From positions 1 to 53,020 of the IMG/VR virus record IMGVR_UViG_3300043419_000168: a DNA stretch of 53,020 nucleotides. One strand, written 5' to 3'. How positions within the stretch are numbered: the stretch's first letter is position 1; every line of letters starts with the position of its first letter. Under the pieces are notes generated by a model. That model ran no database searches. It was not told where the DNA came from and worked only from the letters and a program-made list of their open reading frames with translations. Positions 22,801 to 29,789 of this stretch are shown here, piece by piece. Origin of the DNA: a virus (taxonomy: Duplodnaviria > Caudoviricetes). The translations under genes were made by a program, and so were the position numbers.

Positions 22801-23020
22801 TGGTTCTACTGGAACACTGGATAAGACTAAATATACTTTAGCAACTCCAGTTGTCCCTGCCGTTAAGGTAGAGAATGGAAATGAAACATTCTACGATGTT
22901 GACTATTCTTTAACTAACCTAAACCCATTCGATACGATTCAGGTTAAGGTTGTTATGAAGTCTACAAATAGTTCTGCAATTCCTAGAATCAAAGATTTAC
23001 GAATTATTGCTTGTGCGTAA
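16874..23020 (+). CDS. Large virion structural protein, VrlC/DUF4815-like
   Basis: FNTEPYNDDY...FYRILFRPSFAVQARELTQMQ, APGAHR, LARRTYDESGDY, YTMRDIGKLEKRI, DPLAQTF, PRIKDLRIIA; late promoter motif ATAAATA at 16834. Confidence 0.85.
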   Translation: MIDFNTEPYNDDYDENQKFYRILFRPSFAVQARELTQMQTILQKQISRHGDHVFKQGAMVIPGQISIDNKAQYVKLNPLYAGVAVETFLSNLEGKILVGSSGLKAEVIKTQSQETTEPTTIYVRYKNSGTNTTTKTFAPDEVITTEDSVYSVQVSPLETTPTGVGSIVTIQRGVYYVNGHFVLVDTHSLILEKYSDTPSYRVGLAVQETVITPEDEDSLLDNAQNSYNFAAPGAHRYFIDLTLAKLPLTSVEDKDFIELLRVNEGVNQKQVSKTEYAELEKTLARRTYDESGDYTVREFAIDVREHRNNDRGAWTGTTSFLLGDVVTNAGKTYVAKNNGTSVSIAPTHTSGTAYDGPGSTGINWEYNENPVYNRGIFRTGDVNKLAIGLEPGKAYVRGYEIEKISTEYVAVNKARDYVQADNAFVTATVGNFIYATNLNNLPPINTFDTVDLYNRVTGSAGRGTAVGTKIGTARVRFIEWDNGTIGSASAVWKVSLFDVKLNSGYTFDRHVKSVFFNGGSAATSFTADVNPITTQLIGSVTAAGTTVTGTGTSFQTDLIVGDYISVAGGLYRVTAIASQTSLTIDASLTTTGATYSLVETRLIESDKDSLVFSLPYYAIRSLRSSLGTNDTSYTVYERFTGTTSSLSGGNCTLTVSTSSGSMASGAVSGNYILIDNTTGDVVLPSAIVPSGASVTFTIPGAYASRPFVVIGAVNKTGSTNTEKTKTLNSATVTFTTQATATATTLSLGKSDAWRIVSIKMKSGTFASPGSTYDIDISDRYSFDNGQRATYYDLGKINLKDTFVPPSAPIEVVFEYFTHSTGDYCSVNSYPSEVSYNDIPAELRDSLDFRPRIDDAGTTFTGSGSAVLVPKRGADVRTDFTYYLSRKEKVAVDINGNFFSISGTSSLTPGEPEDPATGMVLYKLTLEPYTFGTSSENVTISKVDNKRYTMRDIGKLEKRIDNLEYYTSLSLLEQETQSLKISDSTGLDRLKNGFIVDNFSGHGVGNVSSPDYKCSVDMEKGELRPFFTMTNVNLIEKNSNDTQREASNYAQYGDVVTLPILEDVVLVKQEFASRLENINPFAIFTFIGDVKMNPAADEWFEVDRRPDIVNNIEGNFSTIATLAEKAGVLGTVWNSWQTQWSGVPVSQGVRGLSRSEIVSRFGNGPARQVTAEFFATEIGQSRTGVRSSVVAKVDKQVVADRVLSTAVIPYIRSRNVLVQVRGLKPQTRFYPYFDNIDVSSYCTPASKITYTGTQAFDFESNVGGTASETARRIAGDSQVCLNRGDVITGVTSGATAVVVGTELDPDTGAKALLVVNIIGTFQTNEQITGSITNSTATINSVSLATVGGTLTSNKNGNINLLFNIPNTDAVRFRTGSREFKLIDNSVATGDYTSRGRSNYRAEGIIETRQSLVNAVRNAEIAQEVVQDSQTIIETSQRVISDTGWYDPLAQTFLVENKGGAFLTAVDIFFASKDSQIPVTLEIREVVNGYPGKRVLPFSRVTLNPEQINLSTTTVDLDGVATPKYDTPTQFRFTSPVYVQDAGEYCIVLQSDSNKYKCWISQVGDAVPGTSRTISEQPYAGSLFKSQNASTWTTDQTQDLKFTIHRAKFDTSAVGTVQFVNDVLPYKSLVADPFQTTTGSTIVRVWHDNHGLVAGSKVIISGATGTLNGIPSAQLNATHTVANVDLDSYTITVTTAATATGYAGGSTIRATGQVQYDAVYPIAQVQSFSETSVNYSVKTTSGASVDGTQTAYIQDVSFGDCLANENNYFYSPRLVASEVNENNSLGGNKSVTFAVNLSSTNDSLSPVLDTQRMSLVAISNRINSPTHANVDVTPVDYTTLFTGATGAFSFSGSTITSTNTTVRNLISTIGIGQYVKIESATTSGNNGQFLVTDLTDDGTTGTITVSGVTFTSEAAVTGTTVSTVNLFTDEIAPIGSSTASKYVTNAVKLALPSTFVKIRFAANVPSGADVDVYYKTSLGSTGTLDKTKYTLATPVVPAVKVENGNETFYDVDYSLTNLNPFDTIQVKVVMKSTNSSAIPRIKDLRIIACA

Positions 23021-23247
23021 TGGAAAATTTTCTTAAAGTTCAGGGTCATGATGGCTTGGTTAGAGATACCTCTTCCAATGCCATCATAAATACTAGTATG
23101 GTTGATTATGTTCAATATATGAACCAACGTAAGGCTGCAGAACAAAAAGAAAATATTATAAAGACTCAAGCAGAAGAAATAAATAATATTAAATCAGAGC
23201 TTTCTGACATTAAGCAGATGCTTACTGTGTTACTAAAAGATCGCTAA
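23020..23247 (+). CDS. Small coiled-coil protein following the VrlC-like gene
   Basis: KVQGHDGLVRDTSSNAIINT followed by a coiled coil; start set at the TAATG overlap (23020). Confidence 0.75.
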   Translation: MENFLKVQGHDGLVRDTSSNAIINTSMVDYVQYMNQRKAAEQKENIIKTQAEEINNIKSELSDIKQMLTVLLKDR

Positions 23248-23262
23248 GAATAAGGGAAAATA

Positions 23263-24435
23263 ATGGCGACACTCGTTCTCCGACAAGTCAAGGGGTCTCC
23301 TCTTACAAACGCTGAGGTTGATGCCAACTTCACGAATCTAAACAATGAATTATCAACTAAGCTAACAGCTACAGACTATAACGCTGCTGACATTCTCACA
23401 AAACTTAAAACAGTTGATGGGTCTGGTTCTGGTTTAGATTCAGACTTACTAGATGGTCTATCAGCATTATCAACACTTCCTGTACCGACAGATAAGAGCT
23501 CTATCGTAGCTCGTGATTCTTCTGGTAACGCAACCCTAAATGCATTGACTTTGGTTGGTGCTTTAGCTGGAACTTCTGGTACGTTTTCTGGAAATTTATC
23601 AGTTGGAAGTATCACTATCAATGGTGGTTCTATTCCAGTTTCTGTTGGTGGTACTGGTGCAACAAACGCATCGAACGCTAGAGCGAATCTTGGCTTGGCG
23701 ATCGGGTCTGATATTCAGGCTTATGATGATTCGTTGCAAGCTATTTCTGCTGTAACACTGACAGCAGACTCTATTCCATATTTTACAAGTTCTACTGCAG
23801 CTGCAGCAACTACGCTAACTGCCTTTGCCAGAACTCTATTGGATGACGCTAACGCATCAACTGCCAGATCTACTCTTGGTTTAGTTATCGGTACAGATGT
23901 TCAACCATTCGACGCTGACTTGTCTGGATTCTCTGGTTTATCTACCAATGGTATTATTGTTAGAGTTTCCAGCGGTAACATCGTTTCAAGAGAAATTACT
24001 GGTGTTATCGGCGACATCGATGTAGTAAATGGTGATGGTGTTGCTGGTTCTCCAGCTTTATCTGTTGGCGCAAATATTCCTCGTCTAGCTTCTAATAATA
24101 CATTTGCTGGAACTACAAATACATTTGTTAATGTGGTGGCTACCTCTTACCAAACTACTTCTGATGCAAGATTAAAAGAGAATGTTCAAACGCTAAATAA
24201 TGCTGTAGAAGTTGTAAATAGACTTCGTGGTGTTTCATATACAAGAAACGGTAAACCAGAAATTGGTCTTATTGCACAAGAAGTTGAGGCTGTTATTCCA
24301 GAGGTTGTTGGTGAATCTGGTGAATATAAGACAGTTTCTTATGCTAACATTGTTGGTTTATTGATCGAAGCTATTAAAGAACAACAAAAAACTATTAAAG
24401 AATTAACTACTCGCGTAGAGAACTTGGAGAAATAA
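23263..24435 (+). CDS. Tail fibre with C-terminal intramolecular chaperone (peptidase S74)
   Basis: KGSPLTNAEVDANF N-terminus; GGTGA...ARANLGL fibre repeats; SDARLKENV...IGLIAQEVE...LLIEAIKE. Confidence 0.88.
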   Translation: MATLVLRQVKGSPLTNAEVDANFTNLNNELSTKLTATDYNAADILTKLKTVDGSGSGLDSDLLDGLSALSTLPVPTDKSSIVARDSSGNATLNALTLVGALAGTSGTFSGNLSVGSITINGGSIPVSVGGTGATNASNARANLGLAIGSDIQAYDDSLQAISAVTLTADSIPYFTSSTAAAATTLTAFARTLLDDANASTARSTLGLVIGTDVQPFDADLSGFSGLSTNGIIVRVSSGNIVSREITGVIGDIDVVNGDGVAGSPALSVGANIPRLASNNTFAGTTNTFVNVVATSYQTTSDARLKENVQTLNNAVEVVNRLRGVSYTRNGKPEIGLIAQEVEAVIPEVVGESGEYKTVSYANIVGLLIEAIKEQQKTIKELTTRVENLEK

Positions 24436-24436
24436 T

Positions 24437-24805
24437 ATGCCTGTAAGCGCAACTGGATTTAAAATTTCGTCTGGAGCAGACCTTAATGGTGTGTTCTGGG
24501 GATGGCAGGGTGATACTGGAAATCGTGGTGTAAACGACAGTAATGGTAACTGCGGATGGAACTGTGCATGTAACGCATGTAACTCAGCATGTAACTGTAA
24601 CTGTGGTAACTGCGACGCTGCTGACTTAGCATTAAACGTACACGTTACTGATTGGCGTTTAAACGTATTCCGCAATACTGCATACAATGATGGTCTCCGT
24701 CACGACTCACAAGAACAATCAATGGGACATTTCAAGTATTTACGTGTTAATTGCAACTGTAACTGTGCATGTAACTGTAACTGTGCATGTAACTGTAACT
24801 GCTAA
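24437..24805 (+). CDS. Cys/Asn-rich small protein (17 Cys); candidate radical-SAM substrate or fibre-tip protein
   Basis: NCGWNCACNACNSACNCNCGNC (8 Cys) and terminal NCNCNCACNCNCACNCNC (9 Cys); SD GGAG; starts 1 bp after the fibre stop. Confidence 0.8.
   Translation: MPVSATGFKISSGADLNGVFWGWQGDTGNRGVNDSNGNCGWNCACNACNSACNCNCGNCDAADLALNVHVTDWRLNVFRNTAYNDGLRHDSQEQSMGHFKYLRVNCNCNCACNCNCACNCNC
24755..24802 (+). repeat. Tandem 18-bp repeat AACTGTAACTGTGCATGT (~2.7 copies) encoding NCNCAC
   Basis: Read directly from the sequence. Confidence 0.9.
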
Positions 24806-24817
24806 GGAATAAATTAA

Positions 24818-25840
24818 ATGTATAAGTTAATTAAAACAAAAATTACTGGCTTTGACGATATTGAAGATAGCCCTATTGGTGTTAACTCTAATTATAGAGC
24901 TACTATGGGATATGATTCTACAAACGAAACCATTAATGTTAAAGTAGAAAAAATTATTCGCCCTGAGTTAACTAGAGACGAAGAAGTTGAATTTTCTTAT
25001 CAGATTGTTGATGAAAAGTCTTTCACTAAAGCAGACTTTGTTCAAACTAAAGAAAATATGGCATGGCAGGTAGACTTTGATGTTCAGAGTGAGAAAATTG
25101 TAGCTCCTTTAGACGTTTATGCGTACACATCAACTATCGCTACTGGTTCATTATTCCATCGTGTAATGTGGAGAAAAATTAAAGAGCGTTATTCTAGCGA
25201 TACTTTACTTCCACTATTCACTGTAGATTCTTTCTATAAACAAGCTGAAGGGTTTTCCCTTTCAACGCTACAGTTCCACGTGGCTGATAATCCAGGACAA
25301 ATTTCTGACACTGTTATTACAAATTCTGACGTAGAAGAAATGACACAAGCAGAAAAGATTTCTTATTTGTTTGATAATATCAATACTGCAGTTTTTTATG
25401 AAGTGTTTGATGCAGATGATAATTTGTTATCAACCATTGTACCAGTCCCATGTCCTTACCCACAAGTTGCTGTAGCTGCTCGTGAAGGTGATGCAGTAAG
25501 ATCTAGAGGTGGTAATCAGTATAGAACTACATTACCTAAGGCTAGCTCATATAAAGTTGTAGTGTTTTTCCTTAGACTTAATCACAACACAACAATTCCA
25601 TGTCAGTTTGATGTTTCATGTGTTAATGGAGTTGCTTCTAAATCACGTGTTATTTCTGGACTAAAACCAGGTGAACCTACTTCTTATAGAGGAGTTAACC
25701 CAAGAGGAGAATTTACTAGATTTTCTGGAAGCGAAGTCATTAAAGTTAATGTGGACTTAGAATCTGGAGATTTCTTTAAATTGAAATTATCTTGTGGAGA
25801 TTTCTACTCATATTCAGAACTTTGGGCTGATATAGAATAA
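24818..25840 (+). CDS. Hypothetical protein in the radical SAM island
   Basis: 340-aa ORF with SD AAGGA; no motif recognised. Confidence 0.7.
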   Translation: MYKLIKTKITGFDDIEDSPIGVNSNYRATMGYDSTNETINVKVEKIIRPELTRDEEVEFSYQIVDEKSFTKADFVQTKENMAWQVDFDVQSEKIVAPLDVYAYTSTIATGSLFHRVMWRKIKERYSSDTLLPLFTVDSFYKQAEGFSLSTLQFHVADNPGQISDTVITNSDVEEMTQAEKISYLFDNINTAVFYEVFDADDNLLSTIVPVPCPYPQVAVAAREGDAVRSRGGNQYRTTLPKASSYKVVVFFLRLNHNTTIPCQFDVSCVNGVASKSRVISGLKPGEPTSYRGVNPRGEFTRFSGSEVIKVNVDLESGDFFKLKLSCGDFYSYSELWADIE

Positions 25841-25857
25841 TACTATTTACAGAGACT

Positions 25858-25886
25858 AAATACCCTGTATAGAACAGGGTATTTTT
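25858..25886 (+). terminator. Intrinsic terminator-like hairpin overlapping a late promoter motif
   Basis: AAATACCCTGT-ATAGA-ACAGGGTATTT then TT; CTAAATA at 25856-25862. Confidence 0.7.
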
Positions 25887-25907
25887 CATTTATTATAAAG
25901 GAATAAC

Positions 25908-27377
25908 ATGGCTGCATATAAAATGATCTTACAGGGATCAAATGACGTGAAACAGGTTTTAGTATATGACCCGATGACATCAAAAATGTATTGGGAAGAA
26001 ACTGGCGAAAGACCATCGCTAAACTATATCGCTAATGGTTTGGAGTATCAAATTGATGCTAAAGTCTGGACTCCTGCAAATGTAACTAATCCACATAATC
26101 CAGATCTTCACGGAAAAAAATCAAGAAAACCTACAACTCTTAAGATAACTATGGGTCTTAAGTGTAATTATGCATGTTCATATTGTAACCAAGCTCATCA
26201 ACCACATGACCCAGTTGGTGGTCCAGAAGATGCTGAAGAATTGATTGCTAAGATGAAATCTAATTTCTCATTTGGCACTTATGATAAATTTAGACTAGAA
26301 TTTTGGGGTGGTGAACCTTTAGTTTATTGGAAAACATTAAAACCTCTAGCTGAAAAGGTTAGAAAAGTTTATCCCAACGCACAATTTATGATGGTCACTA
26401 ATGGATCTTTATTAGATCGCGATAAAGTCGACTGGTTCAACCGTATGGGATTTTCAATCGGTATGTCTCATGATGGACCTTTACATGCACAAAATCGTGG
26501 ACCTGATCCACTAGATGAGCCTAAGGCTAAAGATGCTGTTGTTTATGCTCTTAAAACTATGGGTCAGACTAGATTTACCTTTAACTGCGTATTGACAAGA
26601 GAAAACGTGTCAATCTCTGCAGTTCGTGATTTCATTTTAGACAAATTAAATCGTAAAGATTTTGGGTATGAATATACTGAAGTTTCTCAGATGGAACTTC
26701 AAGTGACGACAGAAGAACTGATGTTACCTTATGACGACTCTGGTATGGCACATTCTTTGCATACTACTGATGAAAAGAAAGAAATTTTACATTCTCTATT
26801 CTGGGAAACTATTCAATCTAAGAATCAGTTTAGTTGGACGATTAATCAAAAGATTCAATCTTTCTTTGAGTCTTTAGTGTATCAAAGACCTGCTGAAGTT
26901 ATTGGTCAAAAATGTGGTATGGATAAAGAAGATAATCTTGCCATCGATATGAAGGGTAATGTAACTACATGTCAGAACACTTCTTCTTTAACTAAACACA
27001 ATCTTGGTAATATCGAAGATATGGATAATGTCCGATTGACGAATTCATATCACTGGTCAACTAGAGCGGAATGTCCGTCATGCCCAGTTGTTCAATTGTG
27101 TCAGGGTGCGTGTTTGTTCTTAGAGGATCAGTATTGGACTCAGGCATGTGAAAACTTATTCTATTATAACTTGGGTATGTTAGCTAGTTCTCTTTTCATC
27201 CTTACAGATGGTTTAATTTTAACCGAAATTCATGGCGATAAAATTAGATTCGAAGGAGTTACTTCTATTCCAGTAATTGATATTGACTTCGTCAAGTCTA
27301 ATGGAAAGCAGAAATCTTGGAAAGTTAAAAAACCAATTAACATTCCTATCGTTACAGTACCAGCAGTACCACAATAA
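25908..27377 (+). CDS. Radical SAM enzyme with SPASM domain (peptide/protein maturase-like)
   Basis: CNYACSYC (CxxxCxxC), FWGGEPL, VTNGSLL, SHDG; SPASM cysteines C-x18-C and CPSCPVVQLCQGAC-x11-C. Confidence 0.93.
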   Translation: MAAYKMILQGSNDVKQVLVYDPMTSKMYWEETGERPSLNYIANGLEYQIDAKVWTPANVTNPHNPDLHGKKSRKPTTLKITMGLKCNYACSYCNQAHQPHDPVGGPEDAEELIAKMKSNFSFGTYDKFRLEFWGGEPLVYWKTLKPLAEKVRKVYPNAQFMMVTNGSLLDRDKVDWFNRMGFSIGMSHDGPLHAQNRGPDPLDEPKAKDAVVYALKTMGQTRFTFNCVLTRENVSISAVRDFILDKLNRKDFGYEYTEVSQMELQVTTEELMLPYDDSGMAHSLHTTDEKKEILHSLFWETIQSKNQFSWTINQKIQSFFESLVYQRPAEVIGQKCGMDKEDNLAIDMKGNVTTCQNTSSLTKHNLGNIEDMDNVRLTNSYHWSTRAECPSCPVVQLCQGACLFLEDQYWTQACENLFYYNLGMLASSLFILTDGLILTEIHGDKIRFEGVTSIPVIDIDFVKSNGKQKSWKVKKPINIPIVTVPAVPQ

Positions 27378-27378
27378 T

Positions 27379-27696
27379 ATGGCATTTCTTGATTGTTATA
27401 TTTGGGAAGTTAATAAGTTTCCCAGGTATGGTAAAAACCTTGATAGAAACACGATCTCTAACATATTTTATGTTAAATCTGACGAGAACGGATTTCAAAA
27501 TAATAATGTTAACATACAGATCCCCGATTTTTTAATTCAGGGAACTGAGGCTGAAAAACTCTTTGTGTATAAATATAAAGAGAAAATAATTAAACATTGT
27601 CTTCCAATAATCGTTTCTGTGAGTAATAGTTATGGTGAACTTGAATGGAAGCTAGACCTACGTGTTGCAGAACACGTTAAATATCTAAGAAACTAG
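27379..27696 (+). CDS. Hypothetical protein
   Basis: Likely start MAFLDCYIWEV at 27379, 1 bp after the rSAM stop; the track's 27277 start overlaps the rSAM gene. Confidence 0.55.
   Translation: MAFLDCYIWEVNKFPRYGKNLDRNTISNIFYVKSDENGFQNNNVNIQIPDFLIQGTEAEKLFVYKYKEKIIKHCLPIIVSVSNSYGELEWKLDLRVAEHVKYLRN
27568..27575 (+). promoter_or_regulatory. T4-type late promoter upstream of dctP
   Basis: Exact TATAAATA ~130 bp before the dctP start. Confidence 0.55.
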
Positions 27697-27706
27697 GAGA
27701 TTAAAA

Positions 27707-28654
27707 ATGCAACAAAAACACGTAAAATGGGTTATTGCCCATGAGCCGATTGGTTTGTTCTTAAAGGTAGCTGACGCATTCGCTAAAGAAGTGAACGAAC
27801 AAACTGGTGGAAAATTCAATATTGAAGTTCTATCATTATCTGACTATGCAGAAAAGTATAACGATGGTAAGAAAATTACTAAAGACGACTTGATGGCATT
27901 GGTTGATACTGGTGCAATCGAAATGAGTCACATCTATACAACATGGCTAGCTGACTATAACAAAGATCTACATGCTCTAGATCTACCATTCTTGTTCCGT
28001 GATCACGATCATGCTGACGCAGTTCTAGAAGGCGAAATCGGTACTGAATTGTTGGCTGGTGTTTCTAAACAGTCAAATATCAAGGCTATGTCTTTCACTT
28101 ATTCTGGTGGTTATCGCGTAGTTCCAGCTAACTTCCGTGCTGATACTGTAGAAGCATGGAAAGGTAAAGCTGTTCGTACCTCACGTTCACCAGTTGCTGT
28201 TGAAACATTCAAGCTACTTGGCGCAGAACCAAAAGAGCACATCGCTCTAGAAGAAATGAACGCAGCTGCTAAAGCTGGTCAGATCGAAGCTGGTGAATCT
28301 ACTTATGTTCGTGTATTCCCACTACAACAGAATGAAGCATTTGCTGTAGTTAATGATACTGCACATAGCTTGTTCTTAACTTCTATTATCGTTAACCAAG
28401 ATTTCTTCAAGCAGTTTGATCAAGAAACTCAAGAAATTATGGCTACTGCTGCATTCAATGCTGCTCGTAAAGAGCGTCGTGAATCAGTTGCTGATATTCC
28501 AAACATCCTAGCTGAATGTGCAGCTAAAGGTGTTGAAGTTGTTAAGATGTCTGCTACTGAAGAGCAGAAGTTTAAGGAAGTTACTTCTTCTGTGTATGAG
28601 AAGTTCGCTGACTACTTCACTCCAGGATTGGTTCAGAAGATTCAATTACATTAA
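27707..28654 (+). CDS. dctP: TRAP transporter substrate-binding protein (DctP family), no signal peptide
   Basis: FAKEVNEQTGGKFNIEV, LDLPFLFRD, GYR, GKAVRT (conserved Arg position), TAHSLF; strong SD AGGAG. Confidence 0.85.
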   Translation: MQQKHVKWVIAHEPIGLFLKVADAFAKEVNEQTGGKFNIEVLSLSDYAEKYNDGKKITKDDLMALVDTGAIEMSHIYTTWLADYNKDLHALDLPFLFRDHDHADAVLEGEIGTELLAGVSKQSNIKAMSFTYSGGYRVVPANFRADTVEAWKGKAVRTSRSPVAVETFKLLGAEPKEHIALEEMNAAAKAGQIEAGESTYVRVFPLQQNEAFAVVNDTAHSLFLTSIIVNQDFFKQFDQETQEIMATAAFNAARKERRESVADIPNILAECAAKGVEVVKMSATEEQKFKEVTSSVYEKFADYFTPGLVQKIQLH

Positions 28655-28672
28655 TTTGTGAGCGATAAATAT

Positions 28673-28698
28673 TGGGGAGCTTCGGCTCCCCATTTTTT
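28673..28698 (+). terminator. Intrinsic terminator with cUUCGg tetraloop
   Basis: TGGGGAGC-TTCG-GCTCCCCA-TTTTTT after dctP; ATAAATA at 28665-28671 immediately upstream. Confidence 0.88.
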
Positions 28699-28712
28699 CA
28701 TTTGAGGATATT

Positions 28713-29789
28713 ATGAGTAACATATTATTTTACAATGTAGGTTTCACCAAACAAGTGATTGACAAGAACCCAGAATCAATCTCTGAGTTTCTTAATCCAG
28801 ATTATAAACAACTATTTGATTTTTATGATAAACATAAAATGAATATGAATGTTGTCTATGATAGAACTGGAAACACACCTCATTATTTAAAAATTAAACC
28901 AGATCTACTGAAAATTCCTACAGTAGACTCTACATTCAATAAATCGTTTAGACAATGTGTAGAAGAAAGAACTAAACATCTTCTTTCGCTGGGTAAAAGA
29001 ATTAATGTCGTTTGGAGTGGTGGTATTGATAGCACTCTTGTATTGTTTGCATTTTTACATTACTGCAACGACCCATCACAAATAACAGTGTATGGAACTT
29101 ATAGTTCTGTACTAGAATCTGGAAGTTTGTTTGATAAAGTAATATTACCTTCTGGTGTTCACCATAAAATAAAGGTATCATCAAGAAGAGATTTTGATGA
29201 CTGTCCAGAAGATGAAATATTCGTAACTGGGTTTTTCGGTAATCAGTTGTTCGGTCCGACTGATAATTTTACTACAAATAAAACAGTAAAAACTGACATA
29301 TCATTTTTCCATCATCAGTTTAATGGAACAGATCCACTTGATGATTACACCAAGTACATAGATCCAGAGCTACATGAGTTTTTGACGCCATGTATTAAAG
29401 CAAGTCCGAAGCCAATAGAAACTTTGAGGGATCTAAGATGGTGGTTTATTTTTAATTTGGATTGGTATACTGCAGAATTTGCAACAAGAATTAACACTAA
29501 GCAACAAGACAACCAATATCACTTCTTTAATACTGACGATTTTCAGCGTTATGTTATAACAACTAAAGAACCATTCACGAAAGAAGTTGGTAATCCATTA
29601 ACCCATCGTTGGGTTATGCGCGAGTTAATTGAAGAGTGGAGTGGAGATAGCCATTATGCTTGGAACAAACCAAAAGGGGTTTCCAATCTAGGAAACCCCA
29701 ACCCTACATGGTTATTTTTATTAGACGACTATTCAGTCTATTATTTAAGAAACAACAGTCTTTTTAGTAGTTCGCGAAACTTACCATAA
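28713..29789 (+). CDS. Asparagine-synthetase-like / PP-loop ATP pyrophosphatase family protein
   Basis: INVVWSGGIDST PP-loop; FVTGFFGNQLFG corresponds to the AsnB-type GxGxDELFG motif; no glutaminase domain evident. Confidence 0.7.
   Translation: MSNILFYNVGFTKQVIDKNPESISEFLNPDYKQLFDFYDKHKMNMNVVYDRTGNTPHYLKIKPDLLKIPTVDSTFNKSFRQCVEERTKHLLSLGKRINVVWSGGIDSTLVLFAFLHYCNDPSQITVYGTYSSVLESGSLFDKVILPSGVHHKIKVSSRRDFDDCPEDEIFVTGFFGNQLFGPTDNFTTNKTVKTDISFFHHQFNGTDPLDDYTKYIDPELHEFLTPCIKASPKPIETLRDLRWWFIFNLDWYTAEFATRINTKQQDNQYHFFNTDDFQRYVITTKEPFTKEVGNPLTHRWVMRELIEEWSGDSHYAWNKPKGVSNLGNPNPTWLFLLDDYSVYYLRNNSLFSSSRNLP
29671..29699 (-). terminator. Minus-strand intrinsic terminator embedded in the PP-loop gene
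   Basis: Minus strand reads GGGGTTTCC-TAGATT-GGAAACCCC-TTTTG, ~65 bp past the stop of ORF 29764..30402. Confidence 0.6.

Noticed and set aside
24403-24687. Minus-strand ORF with QLPQLQLHAELHALHAQ repeats
   Set aside because: It is the reverse complement of the Asn-Cys repeats. The plus-strand ORF has an SD and fits the operon.
24540-24805. Short repeats as a CRISPR array, or AAC-rich tract as a DGR template
   Set aside because: The repeats are contiguous in-frame hexamers without unique spacers. No reverse transcriptase or TR/VR pair is seen in the window.
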